Assembly: GCA_038204125.1 (NCBI GenBank) | Contig: JBBRDH010000003.1 | Span: forward strand, 7,326-71,325 | Source: Mycobacteriales bacterium | Lineage (GTDB): Bacteria; Actinomycetota; Actinomycetes; Mycobacteriales; Nakamurellaceae | DNA length: 64,000 nt | Reading direction: 5' to 3' | Shown here: positions 30,765-41,796 of the stretch, piece after piece | How positions within the stretch are numbered: the first letter of the stretch is position 1 | Layout: every line of letters starts with the position of its first letter | Translations under genes and position numbers: made by a program | Notes under the pieces: model-generated | What the model saw: only the letters and a program-made list of their open reading frames with translations | The model's database searches: none | Told to the model about the DNA's origin: nothing

Positions 30765-32302
30765 CCGACTCCGCAGGCTGGACCGGGTGCAGCCGTGTCC
30801 GGCTTGGGCCCGATGCCCGGAAGTCCAAGACCGACCCCGGGGGTGCGCGGGGTCAATCCAGCGGCGTGCGCATCCCCGGCCCTGGTGCGCCGATGGCTGA
30901 GCAGCGGCCCGTCCGCGACCACGTGGTGCGGCGCGCCGTAGCTGACCTCCGTGGTCACCACATCTCCCGGGCGGACACCGCCGCGGACGGCCGGGCCTGC
31001 GGGCATGAAGTGGACGAGCCGGCCGTCGCGCGCCCGGCCGCTGAGCCGTTCGGTCGCGGAGTCCTTGCGACCCTCGCCCGCCGACACCAGCACCTCGACG
31101 GTGGTGCCGATCAGCGCGCGGTTTCCGTTGAGCGCGGTGCGGTCGACGACCTCTTTGAGCCGCTGGTATCGCTCGGTGACCGCGTCCGCAGGCACTTGAT
31201 CGGGCATCGCGGCGGCCGGCGTGCCCGGCCGGGGCGAGTACTGGAATGTGTACGCGGTGGCGAATTTTGATTCCTCCGCCACGCGCAGGGTCTGCGCGAA
31301 GTCGTCCTCGGTCTCGCCCGGAAACCCGACGATGATGTCCGTGGTAATGGCCGCGTCCGGCATCGCGGACCGGACCTCGTCGAGAATCCGCAGGTAACGC
31401 TCCGAGCGGTAGGAGCGGCGCATCGCCCGGAGCACCCGGTCGGAGCCTGACTGGAGCGGCATGTGCAATTGGTGGCAGACATTCGGCGTCTGCGCCATAG
31501 CGGCGATGACGTCCGAGGTGAAGTCGCGCGGGTGTGGGGACGTGAAGCGGACCCGCTCCAGACCGTCGACCCGGCCGCAGGCCCGCAGCAGCGAGGCGAA
31601 TGCCCCGCGGTCGCCGACTTCGGCACCGTACGAGTTGACGTTCTGGCCGAGCAGCGTGACCTCGAGAACACCGCCGGCGGCGAGCATCTCGACTTCGGCG
31701 AGGATGTCGGCGGGACGTCGGTCGGATTCCTTGCCGCGCAGGGCCGGAACGATGCAGAACGTGCAGGTGTTGTTGCAGCCCACCGAAATCGACACCCATG
31801 CGGCCGACGCCGAGTCCCGCTTCGCCGGCAGGCTGGAGGGAAATACCTCCAGCGATTCGAGTATCTCGACCTGCGCCTGGTCGTTGTGCCTGGCCCGGTT
31901 CAGCAGCGTCGGCAGCGAGCCGACGTTGTGCGTCCCGAAGACCACGTCGACCCAGGGGGCGCGCCGCAGGATCTCGCTGCGGTCCTTCTGGGCCAGGCAT
32001 CCGCCGACAGCGATCTGCATGCCAGGCCGGCCGACCTTCTTCGGCGCCAGCATTCCCAGGTTCCCGTACAGCTTGTTGTCGGCGTTCTCCCGGACGGCGC
32101 AGGTGTTGAAGACGACGACGTCGGCGTCCTGCCCCTTGGCCGCCGCCACGTAGCCGGCCCCCTCGAGCAGACCCGCCAGTCGCTCCGAGTCGTGCACGTT
32201 CATCTGGCAGCCGTAGGTGCGGACCTGGTAGGTGCGGGCAGCCTCTCCGGCAGCGGGTCGGGCGGCATCGTCCAGGGCAGCAGGGTGCAGGGCGGTACTC
32301 AC
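30761..32302 (-). CDS. miaB: tRNA methylthiotransferase MiaB
   Basis: [45 protein letters not shown]-like C-terminus. Confidence 0.97.
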   Translation of the reverse strand: MSTALHPAALDDAARPAAGEAARTYQVRTYGCQMNVHDSERLAGLLEGAGYVAAAKGQDADVVVFNTCAVRENADNKLYGNLGMLAPKKVGRPGMQIAVGGCLAQKDRSEILRRAPWVDVVFGTHNVGSLPTLLNRARHNDQAQVEILESLEVFPSSLPAKRDSASAAWVSISVGCNNTCTFCIVPALRGKESDRRPADILAEVEMLAAGGVLEVTLLGQNVNSYGAEVGDRGAFASLLRACGRVDGLERVRFTSPHPRDFTSDVIAAMAQTPNVCHQLHMPLQSGSDRVLRAMRRSYRSERYLRILDEVRSAMPDAAITTDIIVGFPGETEDDFAQTLRVAEESKFATAYTFQYSPRPGTPAAAMPDQVPADAVTERYQRLKEVVDRTALNGNRALIGTTVEVLVSAGEGRKDSATERLSGRARDGRLVHFMPAGPAVRGGVRPGDVVTTEVSYGAPHHVVADGPLLSHRRTRAGDAHAAGLTPRTPGVGLGLPGIGPKPDTAAPGPACGVG

Positions 32303-32375
32303 CTCGCTGAGGTTACCGGCCGGGCTACCGGGCTCTGGCCGTCCAGTTGGCCGGCGTCGGCGCAGCGGCACCTGA

Positions 32376-34496
32376 TCAGCGGGCGATCTCGGTCGCCCTG
32401 GATTCGCGGATGACGGTCACCCTGACCTGACCCGGGTAGGTCAACTCCTCCTCGATCTGCTTTGCCACCTCCCGGGCCAGCACATGCGCCTCGAGGTCGT
32501 CGATCACTTCCGGTTTGACCATCACCCGCAGTTCCCGGCCGGCCTGCATCGCGAAGACCTTCTCGACTCCCTTCTTCGCCCCGGCGATGGCCTCGATGCG
32601 TTCCAGCCGCTGGACGTACGACTCCATGGATTCCCGGCGCGCGCCCGGACGGCCACCCGAACAGGAATCGGCGGCCTGGGTGAGTACGGCCTCGACGGTG
32701 CCGGGGGGGACTTCGTCGTGGTGAGCCTCGATGCAGTGGGCGACGTCCTCGGATTCGCCGTAACGGCGGGCCAACTCGGCACCGACGATCGCGTGTGATC
32801 CCTGGGCCTCGTGGGTCAGCGCCTTCCCGATGTCGTGCAGGAAGGCCCCGCGCGCGACGATCGTCGGGTCCATGCCCATTTCGGCGGCCATGATCCGGGC
32901 GATGTGCGAAGTCTCGACGAGGTGGCCGAGGACATTCTGGCCGTAGGACGTCCGGTACTTGAGCCGGCCGATGAGGGTCACCAACTCGGGGTGCAGATCC
33001 GTGACACCGACTTCCAGCATCGCGTCCTGGGCCGCGCGTTGGCACAGCGCCTCGACCTCTTCACCGGCCCGCTCGAACGCCTCCTCGATGCGATGAGGAT
33101 GAATCCGGCCGTCGTCGATCAGCATCTGCAGGGTCAGCCGGCCCACCTCGCGACGGACCGGGTCGAAGCAGGACAGCAGCACGGCTTCTGGTGTGTCGTC
33201 AATGATGACGTTGACGCCGGTGACGGTCTCGAAGGTGCGGATGTTCCGGCCCTCGCGGCCGATGATCCTGCCCTTCACCTCGTCCGCGGGCAGATGGACC
33301 ACGGAGACCACGCTCTGCGCCGTCTGATCGGAGGCCACCCGCTGGACCGCCTCGGAGACGATCGCCCTGGCCCGGACCTTGGCGGTCGCCTCTGCTTCGC
33401 TCTCCACCCGGCGGATCATGAAGGCGGCGTCGCGCCGGACCGCGGCCTCCTGGGAGGACAACAACTCGGTCCTGGCCGCGGCAACGGTCAGGCCCGAGAT
33501 GCGGGTCAGCTCCGCCAGCTGGGTCGCCGCGGAGGAGTCCAGCTCGACTGTTCGCGACTCGAGCTCGGCCGCCCGCAGCGCGAGTAGCTCGGCCTCTTTG
33601 CGCAGGCCCTCTTCCTTGGCGTCCACCGCAGAGCGCGAGCGACTGATTTCGGTCCGTTCGGCGTGCAGTCGTTGCTGCTCATCCGTGAGCGCCCGGCGGC
33701 TCTCGGTGAGCACGCCGCTCGCGTCGGTCAGCCGTTTTTGGGCGCCGGCCAATTCCTCACGTTCGGCGACCACTGCGGCGAGGGCCTCTTCGGACAATCG
33801 CTTGCGCTCGGCGGACAGTCCACTGCGCAACGCCGCAGCTTCGGCCTGCGCGGAGCTCACGGTCCGCTCGGCCTCCGCCCGCGCCGTCTGTACTGTGCGG
33901 TCGGCCTCTGCCCGTCCTTCCTCCCGGGCGCGGGCCGCGTCGATCGCCGACCGCTCGTTCATCGAGTTGGCGGCCTCGGTCGCTATCCGCCGGATCTCGG
34001 TCGCCGCCGCCGTGGCCTCCTGGTGCAGCAGCCGCAATGCGCGCACGTCCTCAGTACCACCGCCGTCCGCTCGGCGAGCCGACGGGTCGGCTCCTCCCTC
34101 CGGGTCAGCACTACTCCGCGGACCGACATCAACCAGCGCGGTGCTGCTACTGGTCTGTCCCGCCGGGGGATGGTGTTTACCCGGCGCCGGGGGCGAGCCT
34201 CCGGGGGGCACCGGTTGTCCGGTGGGCACGCTTCCGGTCGTCGGCTTTTCCACGCCACGGTCCAAGCGCGGAGGATCGCGCAGGTCTGCGTCGGGCAGTA
34301 ACGCGCCAACAGCCGGACGATCCGAATGCGCCGCCAACCTGTCCGATTGCTGGTTCAGCGCGAGAGACTCTGCGAACAGGCGCCTGATGGCCGATTCATC
34401 GAGGGCGGATGAGGCCGGAGGACGGCGGAGCACCAACACAGCAATCAGCGCAAGGATCAGCGCGACCACCAAAATGATCAACAACGTGTTGGGCAT
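32376..34496 (-). CDS. rny: Ribonuclease Y
   Basis: N-terminal TM, coiled coil, [17 protein letters not shown] domain [18 protein letters not shown]. Confidence 0.95.
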   Translation of the reverse strand: MPNTLLIILVVALILALIAVLVLRRPPASSALDESAIRRLFAESLALNQQSDRLAAHSDRPAVGALLPDADLRDPPRLDRGVEKPTTGSVPTGQPVPPGGSPPAPGKHHPPAGQTSSSTALVDVGPRSSADPEGGADPSARRADGGGTEDVRALRLLHQEATAAATEIRRIATEAANSMNERSAIDAARAREEGRAEADRTVQTARAEAERTVSSAQAEAAALRSGLSAERKRLSEEALAAVVAEREELAGAQKRLTDASGVLTESRRALTDEQQRLHAERTEISRSRSAVDAKEEGLRKEAELLALRAAELESRTVELDSSAATQLAELTRISGLTVAAARTELLSSQEAAVRRDAAFMIRRVESEAEATAKVRARAIVSEAVQRVASDQTAQSVVSVVHLPADEVKGRIIGREGRNIRTFETVTGVNVIIDDTPEAVLLSCFDPVRREVGRLTLQMLIDDGRIHPHRIEEAFERAGEEVEALCQRAAQDAMLEVGVTDLHPELVTLIGRLKYRTSYGQNVLGHLVETSHIARIMAAEMGMDPTIVARGAFLHDIGKALTHEAQGSHAIVGAELARRYGESEDVAHCIEAHHDEVPPGTVEAVLTQAADSCSGGRPGARRESMESYVQRLERIEAIAGAKKGVEKVFAMQAGRELRVMVKPEVIDDLEAHVLAREVAKQIEEELTYPGQVRVTVIRESRATEIAR

Positions 34497-34840
34497 GTCG
34501 CCTCCCTACTTGTCACCGTCCGTGGACGGAGGGAGGATCGCGGGCGCCCGCCACTGCGGCGTCGACCGTGGCGCGGCCGATCCCTTGACGGGTTCAGCGC
34601 GTTCAGCCCGGGTGGGGCAAAGGCGGCAACTTTCGCCGCTATCGATCGCGCACTCCAAGGTCCGGGTGCGCTTCGTGATTCTCCTGTGACTTGAGGTTAA
34701 AGATGTGCACACACAGGGTCAAGCTGGGGTCCACCTTCCGGGGCGGGAAACCCACCGGCAGCCGTCCGGCGTCCGGTCGCCGAAATGCCCGGATGGTGCC
34801 GGGCGGCGGGGCGGGACCATCCCGAGCCGCCCGGGCTCCG

Positions 34841-35437
34841 CTAGATCGGGTCCTCCCCGTCGGCCCCGTCGAGGTCTTCGAGGTCGGTGTAGGCCGCCAC
34901 CACTTCGTTCACGACCGACCTGGCCACCCCCGGCGAGTAGCCGCGCCGGGAGAGCAGCGCCAGCAAGCGTCGGCGCCCGGCCACCACACCGTGCGCCATC
35001 GCCGAATCGACCCGCTTTTCGATCAGTTCTGTCGCACGTCTGTACTCGGCATCGCGGTCGACGGAGTCCACCGCAGGCCCCGCAAGCTCGTCGGCCACCC
35101 CGAGTCGGCGCAGTTCCATCTGCAACGCCGAGCGTCCGAGGGCGCGATCCCGGTGTTTGGCGCGGACGAACGCCTGGGCGTAGGCCGCGTCGTCGATCAG
35201 GCCGACGTCGGTGAGCCGGTCGAGCACCTGATCGGCAACCTCTGCGGGGATGCCCTTCCGCTGCAGCGCCTGGAACAGACCGGCCCTGGGACGCGGCGCG
35301 ACGGTGAGCAGCCGCAGGCAGATCTCCCTCGCCAGGCTCGTCTGATCGCCGGTCTCTTCCCCTGGTGGGATGGGGCCGGGCACCAGCTTGCTCTTTATGG
35401 TCCCCGCGTCATCGATACGGGTGCCGGTCTGTGCCAC
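34841..35437 (-). CDS. recX: Regulatory protein RecX
   Basis: GLIDDAAYA, ELRRLGV, LSRRGY; directly after recA. Confidence 0.92.
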   Translation of the reverse strand: MAQTGTRIDDAGTIKSKLVPGPIPPGEETGDQTSLAREICLRLLTVAPRPRAGLFQALQRKGIPAEVADQVLDRLTDVGLIDDAAYAQAFVRAKHRDRALGRSALQMELRRLGVADELAGPAVDSVDRDAEYRRATELIEKRVDSAMAHGVVAGRRRLLALLSRRGYSPGVARSVVNEVVAAYTDLEDLDGADGEDPI

Positions 35438-35451
35438 CGTGGTGCCCCCGG

Positions 35452-36489
35452 TCAGAACTCGACCGGCGCCGGCGCGACCGCGTCAAGATCGACACGGGCC
35501 CCGACCCCGAGCTTTTCCTTGATCCGCTTTTCGATCTCCTCGCCGACGTCGGGATTTTCCCGCAGGAACGTTCTGGCATTCTCCTTGCCCTGGCCCAGCT
35601 GCTCGCCGTCGTAGGTGTACCAGGCGCCCGCCTTGCGGACGATGCCCTGCTCGACCCCCACGTCGATCAGCGAACCCTCACGGGAGATTCCCTGTCCGTA
35701 GATGATGTCGAACTCGGCCTGCTTGAACGGGGGAGCCATCTTGTTCTTGACGACCTTGACCCTGGTGCGGTTGCCGACGATCTCGGTGCCGTCCTTGAGT
35801 GCCTCGATGCGGCGGATGTCGAGCCGGACGGAGGCATAGAACTTCAGCGCCTTTCCGCCGGTCGTGGTCTCCGGAGAGCCGAACATGACGCCGATCTTCT
35901 CGCGCAGCTGATTGATGAAGATCATCGTCGTGTTCGTGTTGCTCAGTGCGCCGGCGATCTTGCGGAGCGCCTGGGACATCAGCCTGGCCTGCAGACCGAC
36001 GTGGCTGTCACCCATCTCGCCTTCGATTTCGGCCCGCGGCACCAGTGCCGCCACCGAGTCGACGACGACCAGGTCGATGGCACCGGACCGGATCAACATG
36101 TCCGCGATCTCCAGTGCCTGCTCGCCGGTGTCCGGCTGGGAAACCAGCAGGGAGTCCGTGTCGACGCCGAGGGCCTTGGCGTACTCCGGGTCCAGCGCGT
36201 GCTCGGCATCGATGAATGCGGCGATCCCACCGGCGGCCTGGACGCTGGCGACGGCGTGCAGGGTGACCGTCGTCTTGCCGGAGGACTCGGGGCCGTAGAT
36301 CTCGACCACCCGGCCGCGCGGCAGTCCGCCGATGCCCAGCGCCACATCCAGCGCGATGGATCCGGTCGGAATGACCTCGACGGGCGCACGGCCCTCGTCG
36401 CCGAGTCGCATCACCGATCCCTTGCCGAACTGCTTCTCTATCTGTGCGAGCGCAATCCCCAGCGCTTTTTCACGATCCGGTGCCGTCAT
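35452..36489 (-). CDS. recA: Recombinase A (no intein)
   Basis: [39 protein letters not shown]. Confidence 0.99.
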   Translation of the reverse strand: MTAPDREKALGIALAQIEKQFGKGSVMRLGDEGRAPVEVIPTGSIALDVALGIGGLPRGRVVEIYGPESSGKTTVTLHAVASVQAAGGIAAFIDAEHALDPEYAKALGVDTDSLLVSQPDTGEQALEIADMLIRSGAIDLVVVDSVAALVPRAEIEGEMGDSHVGLQARLMSQALRKIAGALSNTNTTMIFINQLREKIGVMFGSPETTTGGKALKFYASVRLDIRRIEALKDGTEIVGNRTRVKVVKNKMAPPFKQAEFDIIYGQGISREGSLIDVGVEQGIVRKAGAWYTYDGEQLGQGKENARTFLRENPDVGEEIEKRIKEKLGVGARVDLDAVAPAPVEF

Positions 36490-36564
36490 GCCAACCCCGT
36501 GCCTTCCATCTGCTGTGTCGTCGGCTGCTGGCCCCGACGGATTCCGTTTGTGCTGTCCGAAACG

Positions 36565-36586
36565 ACGCTAGAACCGCGCACCGACA
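36565..36586 (-). promoter_or_regulatory. PafBC/RecA-NDp-type promoter of recA
   Basis: Minus strand TGTCGG-TGCGCGGTTC-TAGCGT = TGTCGG-N10-TA-N3-T. Confidence 0.75.
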
Positions 36587-36641
36587 GTGCCCCGCAGCAG
36601 TCGCATATTGTGGACAGCTGGGAGTATGGGGACAACTCTAG

Positions 36642-36657
36642 ACGTACAGATGTTCGA
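36642..36657. promoter_or_regulatory. Degenerate LexA box upstream of recA
   Basis: ACGTACAGATGTTCGA: one perfect half-site, two mismatches in the other. Confidence 0.6.
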
Positions 36658-36736
36658 CAGGACATGTGGCCTTCGGCGTGTCGCCGACCGTTGCGAAACC
36701 GTCCGTAGAAGCCCGGTCGTGAGTCACCCGGTGCGG

Positions 36737-36876
36737 TCCGGTCGGTATGAGTCCGTCGGTATCACTGGGTCGGTAAGAGTCGGTCGGTAAGAGTCGGTCG
36801 GTAAGAGTCGGTCGGTATGAGGCGGTCGGTATGAGTCGGTCGGTATGAGTCGGTGGGTAGCACTCGGTAGGTATGA
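36737..36876. repeat. 14-bp tandem array, 10 units (GTCGGTCGGTAWGA)
   Basis: Read directly; no spacers; starts 1 nt after DUF3046 stop. Confidence 0.95.
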
Positions 36877-36877
36877 G

Positions 36878-37087
36878 TCAGTCGGGCAGGCCGTGCCGGA
36901 GCCGGTCGGGCACGTCGAAGGCATCACACACCGCGCGCCAGACCGACCTTGGGTTCTCACCCGCATGCAGGGCCTCGTTCACCGTCCGGCCACCCAGCGC
37001 TGCGAAAACGTGGTCGGTGGCCACCGACGAGGCCCGGTGGGGACCGAAATGGGTCGTCATCAGGGCACGGAACTCGGTCAGGCGCAC
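36878..37087 (-). CDS. DUF3046 domain protein
   Basis: MRLTEFRALMTTHFG...GGRTVNEAL.AG..PRSVWRAVC; conserved upstream of recA. Confidence 0.93.
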   Translation of the reverse strand: MRLTEFRALMTTHFGPHRASSVATDHVFAALGGRTVNEALHAGENPRSVWRAVCDAFDVPDRLRHGLPD

Positions 37088-37161
37088 GAGCCCGATGGTA
37101 GCCAGCCCGCCGGGTCCCCGGCGCCGGAGGCGGTCCCGGACATCCCGCCCAGTCTGCCTGG

Positions 37162-38100
37162 TCAGTCGGCGGGACCGGCCAGCTCCCGGAGGCCGAGGGC
37201 GAGCGCCCGCAGCCGCTCGATCTGTTCCTGCAGCTCACCGGTCGGCGATTGACCGGCCGCCCCCCCGCCGATGGCCTTGCGGTCCGGCGCCGGGACGACC
37301 GTCGTCGAGGGTGCGCCGGCTTGAAGTGCGGCCGCTGCGGACGTCACCGCCGCCGTGGCTTCGACCAGCTGGCCGTAGTGCGCGACCCCGGCGCCGATCT
37401 CTCCGGCCAGCAGACCGGCCGTTGAAGCGGCCGACGCCCCCGGCGCGCGGGTGCCGGTCCTCGCCAGGCCGGTGTAGTCCTGCGCGAGCTGCCGCAGTTG
37501 GCGCTCGGCCTGGTCTGCGGCCATCACCACGTCCCGGAGCTGAACGGCCAACGGTCCGGGCGGGGCCGTCGACCGCCCGGACACCGAGCCGGCGGCGGAT
37601 GCCGAGACGAGGGACCGCAGACCGTCCGAATAGTCGTTCAGCCTGGCGATCTCGGACCGGATGCCGGGCGCGACCGCCGGCCGACCCGGTTGTGGCGGGG
37701 GCAACGCCGCGACCACCCGGCTGGACCTGCGCAGCACGGCGACCGCCCGGACCAGACCGGTGACCGCCCAGATCAGCAGGGCCAGGACCAACACGGCGGT
37801 GGCGGTGGCGGTGGCGGTCAGCCCATCCTGGGCGATCGTGACGGCTACTCCGGCGGCGCCCGCCAGCCCCACCACTGTGGCGGCGGTCCACAGCCCCCGC
37901 CGCCGGACAGCTGCCCGGCGGCGGCGGGCGGCGATCTCTGCGGCATCGCGCCTGACCCGCATGAACTCCCGGGAACTCGCATTGACGGTGCTCGCCACCT
38001 CGAAGCCCTTGGCCAGCGCCGGGGCAGCCGAAAAGGACCCCGGACGGGAGCCCCTCCTCGCCAGCGCCGCGGCCAACGCCCGACGCGCCCCAGGCCGCAT
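37162..38100 (-). CDS. PspM/Rv2743c-like membrane partner of PspA
   Basis: Two TM helices; TGATG overlap with pspA stop; recalled synteny. Confidence 0.7.
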   Translation of the reverse strand: MRPGARRALAAALARRGSRPGSFSAAPALAKGFEVASTVNASSREFMRVRRDAAEIAARRRRAAVRRRGLWTAATVVGLAGAAGVAVTIAQDGLTATATATAVLVLALLIWAVTGLVRAVAVLRRSSRVVAALPPPQPGRPAVAPGIRSEIARLNDYSDGLRSLVSASAAGSVSGRSTAPPGPLAVQLRDVVMAADQAERQLRQLAQDYTGLARTGTRAPGASAASTAGLLAGEIGAGVAHYGQLVEATAAVTSAAAALQAGAPSTTVVPAPDRKAIGGGAAGQSPTGELQEQIERLRALALGLRELAGPAD

Positions 38101-38912
38101 CAGGCCTGTTTGTTGAGTTCGATTCCGGGCGTCGCCGCAGCAGCGTTACCGGTCGAGCTGTCGATCGCCCGGGCCTGCTGACTCGACAGTTCCGGGTGGA
38201 GTTGGGCGCGCAACTGGTCGAGCCGCGAAGCGCCGGCCATGTCGAGCGTCGACTTCTGCACCTCCATCATCCGGCCTTCGACCGAATTCTGGCTCAGCTC
38301 GGCCGACCCCAGAGCGTTGGCGTAGCGCCGCTCGATCTTGTCCCTGACCTCGTCGAGCGAGGGCGTGTTGCCGGGGGCGGCCAGCTGCGACATCGACTGC
38401 AGGGAGGCCGAGACCTGCTCCTGCATCTTGGCCTGCTCCAGTTGGGAGAGCAGTTTGGTCCGCTCCGCAATCTTGGTCTGCAGGTTCATCGCGTTGTTCT
38501 CGACCGCCTTCTTGGCGGACTCGGCGGCCTGCAGCGCCTGGTCGTGCATCGTTTTCAGGTCTTCCATCTGCTGCTCGCCCGACACCAGCTGGGTGGCGAA
38601 CGCCTGCGCCGTCTGCTCGTACTGCTGCGCCTTGGTCGCATCGCCCTTGGCCCGGGCCTCGTCGGCGAGAACCAGAGCCTGGCGGGCGGAAGACTGCAAC
38701 CGCTCCACGTCGCCCATCTGGCGGGTCAGCTTCATCTCCAGCTGCCGTTGGTTACCGATGACCGCGGCGGCCTGCTGCGAGAGTGCGGCGTGCTGACGCT
38801 GGGCGTCCTCGATGGCCTGCTGGATCTGCACCTTGGGATCTGCGTACTCGTCGACCTTCGACGAGAACAGCGCCATCAGGTACTTCCAGGCCTTGAAGAA
38901 GGGATTGGCCAT
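38100..38912 (-). CDS. pspA: PspA/IM30 family protein
   Basis: [49 protein letters not shown]. Confidence 0.95.
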   Translation of the reverse strand: MANPFFKAWKYLMALFSSKVDEYADPKVQIQQAIEDAQRQHAALSQQAAAVIGNQRQLEMKLTRQMGDVERLQSSARQALVLADEARAKGDATKAQQYEQTAQAFATQLVSGEQQMEDLKTMHDQALQAAESAKKAVENNAMNLQTKIAERTKLLSQLEQAKMQEQVSASLQSMSQLAAPGNTPSLDEVRDKIERRYANALGSAELSQNSVEGRMMEVQKSTLDMAGASRLDQLRAQLHPELSSQQARAIDSSTGNAAAATPGIELNKQA

Positions 38913-39454
38913 CGCAGATTTCCTCTCACATGTTGCGCATCGCTGCGCTGCCGACGTCGGCAGGACAAAGAACCGATCGTAGGTAACCGATCGCCTTGAC
39001 TCATCGTGCCAGGTCCGGTCGAAGTTCCGGGGCGAAATGTCAGGCGAGATATCGCCCTCATCGTCTCAGGTCCGGAGACGGGCAACCACACTCGGGCAGG
39101 CTGCGGGGGGCACTTCCGGGGTCATTTCGGGAACAACCCCCAATCGCACCCTGACGGCGTATCGCGCCGTCGCCGGTCTCCTCGATCATTCAGGGGCCGG
39201 GGCGCCGTCGGGCCACGGACCACCATCCGGCCACGGACCACCCATCCGGCCCCTGACCACCCATGCGCCGCGGCACAGCTCGGCGGCGGCCCGGTCACCC
39301 AGCGTCGATGACGCGCACAGGGCGGGAAACCCGTGGGGTGCAGCGACGCATGAAAGCGTGGATACAGTTGATGGGTGTCGTCACTCCTGGTAGAGGGCCA
39401 CCCGAGTGGCGGCGGTGATCTGAAAAGTCCCGACAGAGAAAACGAGCACTGCGA

Positions 39455-40840
39455 ATGAGCACCGGCATGGATGGGCAGACGGGGCGGCACGCCACGGATG
39501 TACGGCGCCGCGGGATCGCGGCCTGGCCAGTCATCGCCACGGGCGCGGTGGTGTTGCTGGTCGTAGCGACCATCGTGTACTTCTCCCTGAATCGACAACG
39601 GGCAGTCGCCAGTTGTGCCAAGGAGCGCGTTCTCCACGTCACCGCCTCGTCCGGGGCGCTCGCCGCCGTCATCGACGCCGCTGCGGCCTTCGACCGCACG
39701 GCTCCGGTGGCCCGATCCACCTGCGTCAGGACCGCCGTCACGGCTGCGTCGGGACCGACGGTCGCGGTCGCGCTGACGGGCAACTGGAAGAACCAGCAGG
39801 CGCCGGCACCTGATCTGTGGGTGGCCGACTCCGAAGCTGACGTGGCCATGGTCGACGCCGAAAACTCCTCCGTCACGGCCGGGCATCCGACGGCTCCGTT
39901 CGCCACTTCCCCATTGGTTCTCGCCGTCCGGAGCGATCGGGCGGCCGCGATGCAGGGCATCAGCTGGAAGGATCTGGCCTCGGGCAGCGGTGTCGGTCGG
40001 AGCCTGAAATTGGCCCTCCCCGATCCTGTGGCGAATCGGGCCACGGCGGCAACCCTCGAGTCGTTGATCGGAGCTTCGCGCCCGAACGGCGGACCGGCGG
40101 CCGTCGACCGGTCAGCGGTGGATGCGGTCCGGGTCAGGCTGGCAGTACTGCTGCGTGGTATCACGTCTGTGACGTCGACGACCGCCCAAGCCCTCACCCG
40201 GCTCAGTCAGGATCCTGGAGACAACGAGGCAGCCGTCGTTCCGGTCATCGAATCCGAATTGGCCGCATTCAACACCGCCAACCCAGGAAAGCGTGCGCTG
40301 CAGGCGGTTTACCCGACCGGCGCGGTCGGCGGCGACACATTGCTCGCTGTTCCGATCACCGCGGACTGGGTAGACCAGACCTCGAGCGCGGCCAGCGCCA
40401 CCTTCACCGCCTACCTCGGAAGTGCCGCCGGAAAGTCGGTCCTGGCCGGGTCCGGCCTACGAACTTCTGCCAGTCCCCCTGCCACCCCGGCCGGAATCGA
40501 CCGGTCCCACCCCGTGGTGTTGCTGCCGGCAGCCAATTCACAGGTGCGCGGGTCGATCGCTGCCCTGTGGAAGGCTTCGACGACCCCGTCCGGCGGAGGG
40601 TCGTCGAGCCCGGCGACCGCCACCGCCACCGCCACCGCCGGTCCAACCACCGCAACATCGACCGCCGCAACGACAACGGCTGCGACTAAAACGGCTGCGA
40701 CTAAAACGGCCGCGACTAAAACGGCCGCGACTAAAACGGCCGCAACCACAACGGCCGCACCGAAAACGGCAGCAACTAAAACGGCTGCAACCACAACGGC
40801 TGCACCGACAACGGCTGCACCTGACACGCCGACGAGCTGA
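39455..40840 (+). CDS. Membrane-anchored substrate-binding-domain protein with Thr/Ala/Lys repeat tail
   Basis: TM, PDLWVADS, FATSPLVLAV, AVYPTG resemble SBP part of 13512-15353; no vWA. Confidence 0.75.
   Translation: MSTGMDGQTGRHATDVRRRGIAAWPVIATGAVVLLVVATIVYFSLNRQRAVASCAKERVLHVTASSGALAAVIDAAAAFDRTAPVARSTCVRTAVTAASGPTVAVALTGNWKNQQAPAPDLWVADSEADVAMVDAENSSVTAGHPTAPFATSPLVLAVRSDRAAAMQGISWKDLASGSGVGRSLKLALPDPVANRATAATLESLIGASRPNGGPAAVDRSAVDAVRVRLAVLLRGITSVTSTTAQALTRLSQDPGDNEAAVVPVIESELAAFNTANPGKRALQAVYPTGAVGGDTLLAVPITADWVDQTSSAASATFTAYLGSAAGKSVLAGSGLRTSASPPATPAGIDRSHPVVLLPAANSQVRGSIAALWKASTTPSGGGSSSPATATATATAGPTTATSTAATTTAATKTAATKTAATKTAATKTAATTTAAPKTAATKTAATTTAAPTTAAPDTPTS
40665..40820. repeat. 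15-bp tandem repeat (TKTAA/TTTAA)
   Basis: ACGGCYGCRACTAAA-like units read directly. Confidence 0.9.
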
Positions 40841-40878
40841 TCGAGGGACCCGCGGGCTCGGATCCGTCAGCTCGGCTC

Positions 40879-41574
40879 TTACAAGTGCTCGCCGGGCGGC
40901 GGCGCAGCCTCCAGTCGTCGGGTCTCCAGCATGATCCCGGCGAGCACGATCAACAGCACCCCCGCCGCTCCCCAGACCGCCCGATTGCCGATCTGATGGG
41001 TCAGGAAGGCCCCGCTGACGGCCCCGACGACGAACCCGGCAATGACACCCCCCAACCGCTTCGCCCGGCGGCCCGCATCCTGATCCCCGGTCGCGAGCCG
41101 CTTGTACAGCTCCGCCGACATGCTCCGCAGGTCCCCGGTGATCATCGTGGTGCTGTAGGCCGTGTCGACCAGCAACCGGAAGGTGGAGACCTGCAGCGCC
41201 GCCACGAACGACACCGCAGCCGTGATCGGCAAATCGGGGGCGCCGGCCGGAACCGCGCCCAACACGGTGAGGACCGCCGCTTCAACGACGAGCACCACCC
41301 GGGTCGGACGTCGAAGAAACGCCTGCACCGCCGGGCGTCCGAGCGTTTCGGCGACCGCCACGCCGAGCAGGAACGCCAATATCGACGGCAGGTGAACCAG
41401 CGCACGGCCCCAGTTTCCGCCGGCAATCTCGACGCAGGACAACACCACATTGCCGGTTTGAGCCGTGGCGAAGGCGCCGTGCCCGACAAAGGCGTGCGCA
41501 TCGAGATACCCGCCGACCACGGCCAACAGGATGCCGAGGGACAGTGCTTCCGGTCGGGTACGAATCGCGTTCAT
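40879..41574 (-). CDS. YoaK/DUF1275 family membrane protein
   Basis: GGYLDAHAF, FATAQTGNVV, YSTTMITGDL, GFVVGAVSG. Confidence 0.9.
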   Translation of the reverse strand: MNAIRTRPEALSLGILLAVVGGYLDAHAFVGHGAFATAQTGNVVLSCVEIAGGNWGRALVHLPSILAFLLGVAVAETLGRPAVQAFLRRPTRVVLVVEAAVLTVLGAVPAGAPDLPITAAVSFVAALQVSTFRLLVDTAYSTTMITGDLRSMSAELYKRLATGDQDAGRRAKRLGGVIAGFVVGAVSGAFLTHQIGNRAVWGAAGVLLIVLAGIMLETRRLEAAPPPGEHL

Positions 41575-41796
41575 CGAGAGATCCTCGCTCACACCCACTC
41601 GTCTGTCCCACTGCGGCGGACACCGACGGTGCTTGTCGTTGATGCGCCCTCGGCATCCGAATGCTTGCACCAAACACTTCTGTGATTCGAGGATTCACTA
41701 CCGGTTCGAGAACGGTTGTGGCATGCTACTTCTCACATTTCTTCCTCGGGAAAAGGAGCCGGCGCGCACGTTCGCAGCCTTGCCCGGACAGCACCG

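Noticed and set aside
29541-32000. 819-aa minus-strand ORF
   Set aside because: Off-frame or antisense to miaB and DUF349; Arg/Pro/Gly-rich shadow ORF
36737-36876. CRISPR array
   Set aside because: Units are 14 bp and contiguous, with no spacers and no cas genes
38930-38950. ClgR site upstream of pspA
   Set aside because: CGC-N6-GCG spacing does not fit the recalled CGC-N5-GCG
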